A DNA stretch of 64,000 nt from an uncultured archaeon. GTDB lineage: Archaea; Asgardarchaeota; Hermodarchaeia; Hermodarchaeales; Hermodarchaeaceae. Of this stretch, positions 19,247-29,489 are shown piece after piece (position 1 is the stretch's first letter; every line of letters starts with the position of its first letter). The notes beneath the pieces are model-generated. The model was not told the DNA's origin, did not search any database, and was given only the letters and a program-made list of their open reading frames with translations. Location: the NCBI GenBank assembly GCA_964347045.1, contig CAYFXC010000004.1:65650-129649 (forward strand). The letters are read 5' to 3'. Made by a program: the position numbers and the translations under genes.

Positions 19247-20851
19247 ATGGGAGAAGAAATCTTCGTTCGAAAAGCTTCCGGTCTTGTTCGCAATGTCAGT
19301 GCTTGGGACGCTCTAGTTATGTGCATTCTGATTCCAGGTATCTTTTGGCCTTGGGTTTATCAGATGTGGTCAGTGGGTCTTCATGGACCAGGAGCATGGA
19401 TGCCTCTTTCATCGCTTATTGCTATCGCTTTCATGATCCCGAACGCCATCATGTACGTTATGTTTAGCGTCGCGATGCCTCGATCAGGTGGCGATTATGT
19501 CTGGGTAAGTCGAGTCATCCATCCCGCCGTTGGATTTGCAGTAAACTGGTATCTCACCTTGATCCTTCTTTCGTGGGCAGGACCCTTCGCATCATGGATT
19601 GTTGAATGGGGCATTTCACCCATCTGGCTTACCTGGGGAACGATGACAGGCGATCCAACAGGATTAGCTATTTTCAACGTTTTGAACATAAACGAGGTAA
19701 AACTAGCGATAGGCACAGTGATAATCATCTTTATGGCCGTCCTCTCCTTCCTTGGATCCAAGTGGGAATTCCGAGCAGAATGGCTAGCCATTATCATGGG
19801 CTACATAGGTCTAATGGTATGGTCTGGCGTAATGATTGCTGGAGCCCCCCTAATTGATGCCCGTATGCAGCTATTAACTGGAGGGGTCTTGTCGTTCTCA
19901 AGCATAGTGTCTACAGCTTCAGCGGCAGGCTGGGTCGTCTCGGCAGCGTTACCGGTTGGAATTGGAGTGACATTTATGGCGACAACATATACAACGTTAA
20001 ACTTCCTTGGATATACAAACTCTGCTTATATTGCTGGAGAAATCAAGGGAGTAACGCGGTCGCATATTATCGCCATTATTGGCGCACTCTTCATCTTCGG
20101 TTTCACTGCCTTTGGCCTATATGCGGTCTATAACTATTCCTTTGGTCCTGTTGTGATCAATAGCATAGCCTATCTAGACGTAGCTGGAGATCCTCTTTGG
20201 TGGAACCTATTCCCAATAGAACCGTTAGGGAACATTCTATCAATGTTTGCCACAACGATTCCCTTTATTCCGCCGTTTCTGACGGTTTGTTTCGCTTTTG
20301 GCTGTTTTGGGGCTGCACTTGGTCTATTCATTTCAAGTGTCCGTAACATTTTCGCTTGGTCCTTTGACCGAGTACTTCCCAGTTCTCTTTCACTGGTAGA
20401 CAAGCGATTCAGGGCACCATGGGTTGCTATTCTAGTGACATTCATCATCACTATGATAATGAATATACTCTACATCTACACCACAGCACTCGATTACTTC
20501 ACCTACAGCATTCTTGCCTGGTGGATTGCGATGGTCATTGTGGGCATCGCAGGAATTATCTTTCCATGGCGTAGAAAGGATATCTTCGAACTTGCTCCAG
20601 ACTTTGCTAAGAAGAAAATTGCAGGTATTCCACTGATCTCGTTATTCTCATTGATTTCGATTCCAATCTCAGTTTTCATTGGATATGCTTCCGTATCTCC
20701 TGCGGTAGCAGGTGCAATTGACTGGTCATTTATGCTAGCAGTCGTTGTGACCTTCATTATCGCACCCATTATCTACTATATCAGTTACTTCTACCACAAG
20801 GCTAAGGGCATTACAATCAGTATGGCACAGGCGGAGATTCCACCTGAGTAA
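19247..20851 (+). CDS. APC-superfamily amino acid/amine permease (archaeal type)
   Basis: FVRKASGLVR N-terminus, MPRSGGDYVWVSR, AYIAGEIK, RNIFAWSFDR, about 12 TM segments, EIPPE end. Confidence 0.92.
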   Translation: MGEEIFVRKASGLVRNVSAWDALVMCILIPGIFWPWVYQMWSVGLHGPGAWMPLSSLIAIAFMIPNAIMYVMFSVAMPRSGGDYVWVSRVIHPAVGFAVNWYLTLILLSWAGPFASWIVEWGISPIWLTWGTMTGDPTGLAIFNVLNINEVKLAIGTVIIIFMAVLSFLGSKWEFRAEWLAIIMGYIGLMVWSGVMIAGAPLIDARMQLLTGGVLSFSSIVSTASAAGWVVSAALPVGIGVTFMATTYTTLNFLGYTNSAYIAGEIKGVTRSHIIAIIGALFIFGFTAFGLYAVYNYSFGPVVINSIAYLDVAGDPLWWNLFPIEPLGNILSMFATTIPFIPPFLTVCFAFGCFGAALGLFISSVRNIFAWSFDRVLPSSLSLVDKRFRAPWVAILVTFIITMIMNILYIYTTALDYFTYSILAWWIAMVIVGIAGIIFPWRRKDIFELAPDFAKKKIAGIPLISLFSLISIPISVFIGYASVSPAVAGAIDWSFMLAVVVTFIIAPIIYYISYFYHKAKGITISMAQAEIPPE

Positions 20852-20861
20852 TCGGGTTGAA

Positions 20862-20886
20862 TCCCTCCCCCCCCTTTCTTTTTTTA
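20862..20886 (+). terminator. Pyrimidine/oligo-T tract after the permease
   Basis: CCCTCCCCCCCTTTCTTTTTTT, typical of archaeal terminators. Confidence 0.5.
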
Positions 20887-21016
20887 GCCAATATTCAACA
20901 CACTTCTAATTGTACTGTCGACAACCACTAGTATTAATTACACAAATCGACACGAACATCCAGAAGCTTGATTATACGTAAACTCAAAAAGATAATTACG
21001 CCTAGGAAACAAGTAG

Positions 21017-22111
21017 GTGCTCACTGTGTTTGACCCATCGTATCTAGTTCGTGAGTGTGTGAAAAACTCAACTGGTTATAATGTTAGTCATTTCATACGA
21101 GCATGGTCTAACAGAGATCTGCTCCGTATGATGTCCAATGAAAACCCAATTCAGCCTTCAAAGGCGGTTATTGAGGCTATGATTCAAGAGATAGAAGAAA
21201 CGAATCTTTATCCGGCCCCTCCTTCAGGACTTTGCGAACGGTTTGCTCAGCATGTGAAGATGAAACCTGAAAATATCGCTGTTTGTTCAGGTTCCATGGA
21301 GGTTATTGATGTTTTAATTCGGACATTTGTTGAACCGGGCCAAGAAGTAATAATTCATTCACCTACGTTTTCTGCTTATGAAAAGTTCGCAAATCTTCAT
21401 GGTGCTAAGCTTATCTCCGTTAAAATGGATCCTCCGAATTTCGATTATCCTTTTGAAGAGATGGAGAGAAATATTACTAGGAAAACAAAAATTGTGTTTG
21501 TTTGTACGCCTAATAACCCTACAGGTAATTATTGTGAAAAAAGAGATATTAAGAAATTAGCAAAAAATAATGTAATTATTGCTGTTGATGAAGCTTATGC
21601 AGAGTTTATCAATCAAAATATGACGGATCTTATTGCTTCGTACCGAAATGTTGTTTTCATTCGAACATTATCAAAGGCATGGGGTCTGGCTGGTTTACGA
21701 ATTGGCTATCTGATGGCTGATGAAAACGTGATAGAGTATTTCAATCGGGTAAGACAACCCTTTCACATTTCAATGCCAATACAACGGGGAGTAGAAGCAG
21801 CCTTTGATGATCCTAATTATCTCCGTGAGCGGGTTCAAGCAAATAACCAAGGCGTGAATTACATTCGAAGAGAGCTAGACAAAATTCCTGGGATAACTAC
21901 GTTCCCATCCAGTGGGAATTTTGTGCTAATTAATGCTGGTGATACAGGGCATGAAACTCAAGAGATAATTGAAAAATTATTAGGGATGGGAATTTTTGCA
22001 AGGGATATGTCCAGTCACCGACTTGGAGGCGCTTATTTCCGCGTTACCGTTAGTTCAGAAGCGAATAACCAACGATTTATTGAAGCGATAAAGAAAATTC
22101 TCAAATCATAA
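21017..22111 (+). CDS. Histidinol-phosphate aminotransferase-like PLP enzyme (class I/II)
   Basis: SNENP, PNNPTG, VDEAYAEF, RTLSKAWGLAGLRIGY. Confidence 0.88.
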   Translation: MLTVFDPSYLVRECVKNSTGYNVSHFIRAWSNRDLLRMMSNENPIQPSKAVIEAMIQEIEETNLYPAPPSGLCERFAQHVKMKPENIAVCSGSMEVIDVLIRTFVEPGQEVIIHSPTFSAYEKFANLHGAKLISVKMDPPNFDYPFEEMERNITRKTKIVFVCTPNNPTGNYCEKRDIKKLAKNNVIIAVDEAYAEFINQNMTDLIASYRNVVFIRTLSKAWGLAGLRIGYLMADENVIEYFNRVRQPFHISMPIQRGVEAAFDDPNYLRERVQANNQGVNYIRRELDKIPGITTFPSSGNFVLINAGDTGHETQEIIEKLLGMGIFARDMSSHRLGGAYFRVTVSSEANNQRFIEAIKKILKS

Positions 22112-22143
22112 GATACTCGTTTCCTTCAAAGGGAGTAGCAATT

Positions 22144-23676
22144 ATGAGTGAAAAAGATGGTTACATAATAGCGCATGATTTTGGAACCAGTGGTGATAAG
22201 GCTGTTTTAACAGATCTGAAAGGTAACGTACTGGCTTCAGAATACAGAGAATATCCTCTCCTTTATCCGAAAGCACATTGGGTGGAGCAAGATCCAAAAG
22301 ATTGGTGGAGAGCATTTTGTGAAACTACACAGGCAGTGGCAAAGAAAGCAAAATCTCCAGATGAAATTCTAGCATTGGCTCCGTCTGCTCAAATGATAAC
22401 TATCATGCCTGTCGACCAAAAAGGAAAACCTTTACGTAATTCAATTAATTGGCTTGATTTACGTGCTACTAAAGAAGGCGATTGGCTTCAACAATTTGTG
22501 GATGAGATTTACCCAGTTCTTGGAATGGCTCCTTCTGTAAAAGACATTGTCAGTCGAATCCTATGGATAAAAGAAAATGAGCCCCAAATTTATGCTAAAA
22601 CTCACAAATTCATGGATTGTAAAGATTATCTCGAATTGAAACTTACAGGAAATTTTGTGACAGATTGGAGCAATGCTTCACTTTATGGACTGTTTAATAT
22701 AAACAAGCATAAATGGTCTGAACGAGTGTGTGAAATCACAGGGATTTCACCTGAGAAACTTCCTGACGCCTATCCCTCCACGGAAATAATAGGCGAGGTT
22801 ACTCAAAAAGCAGCCAAAGAAGTTGGTGTGCCTACGGGAACTCCTGTAATTGCAACAGGAGGCGATGTTGCGGTTGCGGCTATTGGGTCAGGATCCGTCA
22901 AGGAGGGGGATAGTCATGTTTGCATTGGAACAGCTACGTGGATAGGAGTAACAACAAAAGAAGTCATAATAGATCCACAAAAACGATACCTCACTATGTG
23001 CTCGGGAGATCCTAAAAAGAAAATTCTCATGGGTGAAATGGAAACAGGAGGAGCCGCGTTACGCTGGCTACGAGACATGTTGAGAAGAACCCTTAATTTA
23101 CCTAATCCCGAAGCGCTTTCATATTCGACCATGGATAAATGGGCAACCAAAGTGCCTCCTGGCTCTGATCAATTATTATTTACGCCGTGGATGTCAGGAG
23201 AGCGTTCTCCCCTTAACGACCATAATGCTCGAGGAACCTATTTGGGACTTAAGCTTGGCCATACAGCCGGTCATTTAATTCGTGCGATTCTTGAGGGAGT
23301 TGCTTTTAACATCAGATGGATCCTTGATTCAGTCGAGGAAACCGCTCCCTTCCACATTCAAGATATTTCTGGCGTTGGTGGAGGAGCAGCAAGTAAACTA
23401 TGGATGCAGATTATATCAAATGTTACTGGTCGAAAAATACGAATTGTAAAGGAACCCCTAAACGCGGGTTCAATCGGAGCATCCTTAACTGCAGCTGTTG
23501 CATTAGATGTGTTCCCAGATTTCGAATCACTGTTAGAAGTAATTCCAATCAAAACCCAAATACAATGTAAACAGGATGCATATTACATATATTCACAACT
23601 CTTTCCCATCTATAAAGAAGCCTATAAACAATTATCTCCAATCTTTAACAGGCTCGCAGAATTAGATAAACATTAG
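22144..23676 (+). CDS. FGGY-family carbohydrate kinase (xylulokinase-like)
   Basis: DFGTSGDKA, VEQDP..WW, WLDLR, GGD, GERSP, RAILEGVAF, GGGA. Confidence 0.92.
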   Translation: MSEKDGYIIAHDFGTSGDKAVLTDLKGNVLASEYREYPLLYPKAHWVEQDPKDWWRAFCETTQAVAKKAKSPDEILALAPSAQMITIMPVDQKGKPLRNSINWLDLRATKEGDWLQQFVDEIYPVLGMAPSVKDIVSRILWIKENEPQIYAKTHKFMDCKDYLELKLTGNFVTDWSNASLYGLFNINKHKWSERVCEITGISPEKLPDAYPSTEIIGEVTQKAAKEVGVPTGTPVIATGGDVAVAAIGSGSVKEGDSHVCIGTATWIGVTTKEVIIDPQKRYLTMCSGDPKKKILMGEMETGGAALRWLRDMLRRTLNLPNPEALSYSTMDKWATKVPPGSDQLLFTPWMSGERSPLNDHNARGTYLGLKLGHTAGHLIRAILEGVAFNIRWILDSVEETAPFHIQDISGVGGGAASKLWMQIISNVTGRKIRIVKEPLNAGSIGASLTAAVALDVFPDFESLLEVIPIKTQIQCKQDAYYIYSQLFPIYKEAYKQLSPIFNRLAELDKH

Positions 23677-23731
23677 GATATAAAACATAGTAAAAACATT
23701 TGTACCAAAAATATGAGGATGATATATTTCG

Positions 23732-24598
23732 ATGAATGAATCTCCAAAAGCCCCGATGTCTGATAAAGAATTTCTGAAAGAAGCCATCCACATCGTCGAT
23801 CAAGCCGAGGAATACGGCGTTACAATTCGCATTTTAGGAGCTTTAGCTATCAGAATGCAAACGCCAAATAAAATTGGTTTACATCATACACTAGATAGGC
23901 TTGGAGAAGGAAAGATGAGCTTCACGGATATTGACTTAATTGGTCCAAAGTCTCAAAGACGAAAAATCGAGAATTTCTTTGAGAAAGAATTAGGATTCGA
24001 AGTTGATCGGTATGCATTACTTGCAGCGAAAGACCGCTACATTTACCATCATCCTCAAAAGCCATATCATGTAGATGTTTTTTTAGACTGTTTAGACTTC
24101 AGCCATAAAATTCAATTCGCACATAAAAATGACTTTCATCGATTGAGTCTTGATAAACCCACAATAACCTTAGCAGATCTTGTTTTAGAAAAGACTCAAA
24201 TTCATGATATTAATGAAAAAGATATCAAAGACCTCATCACATTATTTGCTGGTCATGAAGTGGGGACAACAGATAAGGATCCAAAAACAATCAATGAAAT
24301 CTACATAGCCGAAGTCCTGTCCGATGATTGGGGATTTTGGTATGATGCAACGGCGAATTTAAGAAAGGCATTGGAGTTCTGTAAGAAATATTGTGCAGAA
24401 GAACTCATTGAAAAAAATGAAAGTAATACTGTAGTTGCTAAAATCGAAGAATTATTGAAAACTATTGATGAGCACCCAAAGACGAAAAACTGGGAAAAAC
24501 GTGCAAAAAAGGGAACAAGTAAAAAATGGTGGAAGGATGTCGAAGAATCGGATCGGGGAGCAGACCAACACACCATAAAAAGAGATAGTTGGTTCTAA
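23732..24598 (+). CDS. Uncharacterised nucleotidyltransferase-fold-like protein (paralogue of 47523-48311)
   Basis: RILGALA...TDIDL...HVDVFLD pattern (hG[GS]..DxD..D), KTQIHDINEKDIKD, DWGFWYD. Confidence 0.7.
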   Translation: MNESPKAPMSDKEFLKEAIHIVDQAEEYGVTIRILGALAIRMQTPNKIGLHHTLDRLGEGKMSFTDIDLIGPKSQRRKIENFFEKELGFEVDRYALLAAKDRYIYHHPQKPYHVDVFLDCLDFSHKIQFAHKNDFHRLSLDKPTITLADLVLEKTQIHDINEKDIKDLITLFAGHEVGTTDKDPKTINEIYIAEVLSDDWGFWYDATANLRKALEFCKKYCAEELIEKNESNTVVAKIEELLKTIDEHPKTKNWEKRAKKGTSKKWWKDVEESDRGADQHTIKRDSWF

Positions 24599-24619
24599 CC
24601 ACAAAGAGTCCAATTTTGT

Positions 24620-25305
24620 AAGGTTAGTCTTTTTTTCAACTTTGCGTTTGATTTCACCAAATTTAACAAGTGCGCATATGGCTTTTACGGCTCTCGCAGG
24701 AGTAGGAAGGGCAGGAAATCCCACATTTTCAAGAAGTTCTCCACCTTTCATAGTGTACCGTCCACCAGCCGTACAAGCTACGAGTGGTTTGTTATATTTA
24801 CGAATAATCGCAACAAGTCGATCTACAATATCGAGATCTAGTAAAGCTATTTGTATCATTACAACTACAATGGCTGCATCATTATGATCTAATCCTAAAA
24901 GTGCATCTAGAGCAATTTGATACCTTTTCGCATCTATTTCATCTGTGAGGTCAATAGGATTATCTACACTGCAATGGCCGGAAACGCCTCGCATAGAAGC
25001 CTTTTCGTGTCTTCAGGAGGTTAAGGGACGGACAAGCCAAGTTCCCTACAGGTATCCACGGTCACCACACCAGTGCCACCAAATGTCCGCCACGATGAGT
25101 ATGCAATTACCTTTAGTAATTGGTTGATCAGCCAAGGTCTCTGTCATTTCAAATCCATCTTCGAAGTCGGTAGCAATGATTATTCCGGTCTGATGAAAAG
25201 CAGAATCATAAAGCCGGGCATCACCAGCCAAAGCCGCCGTATGACTTGCAACTGCTGCCGATCCTCGTTTAGATCGATTTGATTTTTTTACTATTACTAG
25301 TTGGC
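24620..25305 (-). pseudogene. acdA: Degraded acetate/acyl-CoA ligase (ADP-forming) alpha subunit, C-terminal half
   Basis: ASHTAALAGD...YDSAFHQTGII...QP..KG in one frame and NPIDLT...KPLVAC..GG...PTPARAV.A..AL in another; frameshifts, no N-terminal half. Confidence 0.8.
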
Positions 25306-25318
25306 TAACTCAAAGAAT

Positions 25319-25849
25319 CTAGGCATCGATAAGAATCCGAAGGAGTTCGACGCTGAAGTACCCTTTTGCACGGAGAACGTCTAAAGGCGTGTGGAATTTA
25401 ATTGTTACAAATGAAGCCACACCTGTGGCACCAACAATTTTTTTGTAAACCTTCTTAAAATCGGCTAGGGTTGAAGTCATGGCTAAAACTCCGGCAGCTT
25501 CGTCAGATATTCGAATGAAGACATCCGATTGGACACTCCTTTCCAGTGATAATCCCATAGGTTGAACACCTTCCTTCTTTAGAAGAACCGGTTCACCTCC
25601 AACAATAAGCTGTAGCCGAGTATCATTCAATGCCTTCGTTTTTGCACTAATGTCAGGAGTGGCTAAAAGGTCTCCGAGCCGCTGAATAAAAGCATTAACC
25701 GGATCAGTCAACGAAACTAGCGTACTTTCCGGTAATGTTGACTTCTCAGGTGGAAGAGGAGTTTTGATGTCAGGCGTCAAATCTTCCTCTTTGGGTTCTT
25801 CAGGCGATTTTTCAATTTCATCCTGTTTTCTTCGTTTAAACCAGCGCAT
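25319..25849 (-). CDS. Hypothetical protein, possible SCP2-like fold
   Basis: Disordered N-terminus, then LQLIVGGE...SDVFIRISDEAA pattern reminiscent of SCP2 domains. Confidence 0.55.
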   Translation of the reverse strand: MRWFKRRKQDEIEKSPEEPKEEDLTPDIKTPLPPEKSTLPESTLVSLTDPVNAFIQRLGDLLATPDISAKTKALNDTRLQLIVGGEPVLLKKEGVQPMGLSLERSVQSDVFIRISDEAAGVLAMTSTLADFKKVYKKIVGATGVASFVTIKFHTPLDVLRAKGYFSVELLRILIDA

Positions 25850-26027
25850 TGTTTTTCACTCCAACCAGACTTTGAATGTGTTGTTGCATAGTTGGAAGGC
25901 ATTAGAAGCCATAAAAGCATACCGAAGCAAATTCAGGAAATGATGCCGAAGAATAGAAAAACGTAGAATCACGCAAAAGGAGGTGCTTTATATCAGCTCT
26001 TATCGCAATAGCCAATGGTGACTAGCT

Positions 26028-26324
26028 ATGACGAAAGTAACTGAAATTGTCCACTTCTTCGAACAAAAAATCTCATCAATACTTACCGTAGATGGTTTCC
26101 CACCAGAAACGAAAAAGGATCGCTTTGTAAAGGAAGGAGGATTTTTCGTTCGTGTGGCTGATGGTGATGGGAATGCGCAAACCATCAAATTAAGCGATAC
26201 GGAAATGACCGCCCTTATTCAGGACATAAAAATTGCATTGAAGAATCATCGACACCAAAAACTTAAACTATATGCAGAAATCGATGAGCGCCAACGCTCG
26301 GTGTCTTCGAAAGATAGCGAATGA
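26028..26324 (+). CDS. Hypothetical protein (beta-strands plus helix, weakly PC4/Whirly-like)
   Basis: ATG after GGTGA; FFVRVADG..QTIKLSDTEMTALI pattern. Confidence 0.55.
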   Translation: MTKVTEIVHFFEQKISSILTVDGFPPETKKDRFVKEGGFFVRVADGDGNAQTIKLSDTEMTALIQDIKIALKNHRHQKLKLYAEIDERQRSVSSKDSE

Positions 26325-26332
26325 TATCTCAC

Positions 26333-27052
<720 letters not shown>

Positions 27053-27163
27053 CTAAACGTATAATCTTTACCCCCAAATCAAGCACAATACATGTCATCA
27101 ATCTGGTTCAAGTAACACCCATACACTTTTAGTCAGAACCAAAAGGGAAGGACTACCAACCAC

Positions 27164-27574
27164 ATGGAAGTGATGGAATTGTCAACAAACCAACAAATGA
27201 TAGAAGAACTAAAGCAAATTAGAAAAGCCCTGGTCCCACCTCCTCCACCTCCGCCGGAAAAGAAAAACCTTTGGCAAGAATTCAAAGAATTTCTAGATCA
27301 ATACAAAGTCATGGGTCTGGCTGTAGCCTTCATAATGGGCCTGTATCTTGGCAGACTGGTACAATCCTTAGTTACAGCCTGGATCACACCAATTATCAAC
27401 ATCACCTTATTATCTATAGGTTTACTTTCGCCAGATCAGGTGACACTGAATCCAAGTGCATATCCACTATTTTTCAATCCAGCCCTCTTTATCAGTGAGC
27501 TAATTACCTTTATTATCGTAGCATTTGTCATTTTCATCCTCGTAAAATTCACAAAGCGTCTTGGAATAAAATAG
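27164..27574 (+). CDS. mscL: Large-conductance mechanosensitive channel
   Basis: EFKEFL...VMGLAVAFIMG...LVQSLV...FISELITFIIVAFVIF; N-terminal poly-Pro extension. Confidence 0.88.
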   Translation: MEVMELSTNQQMIEELKQIRKALVPPPPPPPEKKNLWQEFKEFLDQYKVMGLAVAFIMGLYLGRLVQSLVTAWITPIINITLLSIGLLSPDQVTLNPSAYPLFFNPALFISELITFIIVAFVIFILVKFTKRLGIK

Positions 27575-27664
27575 GTTGATTACCTATTTGGTAATTCTAA
27601 CCAAGATTACTTGACCCTCTATGAGGTTCTGCAGTATTAGTTTAGTGGACACTGTAACAGATTC

Positions 27665-28186
27665 TCATTCTCTCAATAAAAATTCCCAAGCACACCACCA
27701 TTCATCAGGGTGTGGGTCGGGTGGACAGCCAAGACAGCGTGTCACAATTCGAGGATCAATGGTTTTGGCGAATTCGGAATACTCAACAAGACCCACTGAT
27801 TTACAGGGAAAATCAGCCAATCCTTTCCGTTTTCGAGCATCTTGGACACGACATTGCTCCATACGGAAAACAAATCGAGTCTCGTCGATGTCTTCAATTG
27901 ATTGTTTATTCAACCGAGCATAGACTCGATATTGTAAAGCTTTTTTCAATCCCATCAAACCAGAATTATTTGGAATTGCCATTTCCTTCATGATTCGCTT
28001 AGCTTCAATAGGTGAAAACCGCCGCCACGATTCAGCATCTAGTTCAATTGCCGTTTCGATATCAAATTTTTGCTCAGCCGCTAGAAACCATGTACCATCG
28101 ATAGCGAGCCAATTCTTGGCATACATATCAATGATTTTTAGCAGATCTTTGCGAGAGAGTTTTTCAAAAATAACTTGATAAGACAA
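27665..28186 (-). CDS. DUF6125-family protein
   Basis: KNWLAIDGTWF, CRVQDARKRKGL..FPCKSVG..EY..FA..IDPRI...C..CPPD. Confidence 0.8.
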   Translation of the reverse strand: MSYQVIFEKLSRKDLLKIIDMYAKNWLAIDGTWFLAAEQKFDIETAIELDAESWRRFSPIEAKRIMKEMAIPNNSGLMGLKKALQYRVYARLNKQSIEDIDETRFVFRMEQCRVQDARKRKGLADFPCKSVGLVEYSEFAKTIDPRIVTRCLGCPPDPHPDEWWCAWEFLLRE

Positions 28187-28252
28187 AAAAGCGTGGCCTC
28201 CGCTAACTCCTTTGCTACGCCGTTATTTTAGTCTAGCTCGTACTCGCGATGA

Positions 28253-29212
28253 CTAAAATTCTACAGCGAGTTTGAGTTCGCGGACGAGTTCTTTATAACG
28301 ATTACGCACGGTAACTTCTGTGACGCGAGCGACCTCCGCAATTTCGCGTTGCGTTCGTCGTTCGCCCTCCATAATTGCTGAAATATATAGTGCAGATGCG
28401 GCAAGACCAGTGGGATCTTTTCCGGCAGTAATGCCTTTCAAGCGCGCATCTTCGAGGATTTTTATGGCTCTTCGTTGGACGCGACTACTTAACCCAAGAC
28501 TTTCAGCGAATCGCGGAATGAAGTTACTTGGATGAGAAATAGGCATTCGGACGTCAAGTCGACGAAGGAGTAACCGATAGCAGCGACCGAGTTCTTTCCG
28601 GTTAATCCGACTGTGGTAGGCGATTTCATCAAGAGTACAGGGCGCTTCTCGAAGCCGACAACCTGCATACATGGCTGCGGCAATCATTGCATCAATACTG
28701 CGACCTCGGATGAGTCGGCGTTCAAGTGCCCGTCGATACAGGACAGCAGCTGTTTCTTTTACAGTCTGGGATATGCCAAGTTGACTGCTGAGTCGATCTA
28801 GTTCACTCATTGCACTGGCAAGGTTGCGTTCAATGCTTGAGTGAACACGTGATCGACGCTGCCATTTTCGGAGTCGATAAATTTCTGCACGTCGATTGGA
28901 GGTGATTTGACGACCAGCGGCATCACGATTTCGCCAGTCAATCATGGTGCTTAGATCATGATCTTGTAGGGCATAATTAATGGGACTTCCCGTTCGTGCT
29001 CGCTTATCACGTTCTTCAACGGTGAAGGCACGCCATTCAGGACCAGAATCAATGGTATTCTTATCTAGCACAAGCCCACAGTTCGCGCACGTGACTTCCC
29101 CTCGGCTCTCATCTCGAATCGCATCTCTTTCACCGCAGTCAGGGCATGGACGGTGTTCCTGCGAATCTTGGAATTGCCGATGTTTTTCATGAATTGAGGA
29201 ATTTTCTTCCAT
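28253..29212 (-). CDS. tfb: Transcription initiation factor IIB, paralogue 1
   Basis: CPDCG/CANCG Zn ribbon, GPEWRAF, RLRKWQ, two cyclin repeats, GKDPTGLAA, VTEVTVRNRYKEL; ATG 29212 after AGGAG. Confidence 0.96.
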   Translation of the reverse strand: MEENSSIHEKHRQFQDSQEHRPCPDCGERDAIRDESRGEVTCANCGLVLDKNTIDSGPEWRAFTVEERDKRARTGSPINYALQDHDLSTMIDWRNRDAAGRQITSNRRAEIYRLRKWQRRSRVHSSIERNLASAMSELDRLSSQLGISQTVKETAAVLYRRALERRLIRGRSIDAMIAAAMYAGCRLREAPCTLDEIAYHSRINRKELGRCYRLLLRRLDVRMPISHPSNFIPRFAESLGLSSRVQRRAIKILEDARLKGITAGKDPTGLAASALYISAIMEGERRTQREIAEVARVTEVTVRNRYKELVRELKLAVEF

Positions 29213-29378
29213 TGTACATTCTTCTCCTAATATATGGTTAGGGAAGTTTAGGATGCATACGGTGCTTTGCATATCACGTCAAAGTGTTTCAAGGCGACCA
29301 AGAGGTTCAAAAGAGAACCTGGTTTGGTAGATTATCTAGCAAGATAAGGTAAATGTCGCCGCGTGACTCAACGATAAC

Positions 29379-29394
29379 CTTATAAACTTTCCCA
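29379..29394 (-). promoter_or_regulatory. Candidate BRE/TATA for tfb paralogue 1
   Basis: Minus-strand GGGAAAG-TTTATAAG. Confidence 0.4.
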
Positions 29395-29489
29395 TTTATT
29401 TTTTAGTTGAACAAGTATTTAAATGTTCGCTTTTTTATCGGATTAACCCAACGAGGAACAAGAAGCCACTAGATAGCTTCGATTTTTGA

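Noticed and set aside
20852-20875. tRNA T-arm-like GGGTTGAATCCC
   Set aside because: No cloverleaf upstream; it directly follows the permease stop codon and merges with a terminator-like tract
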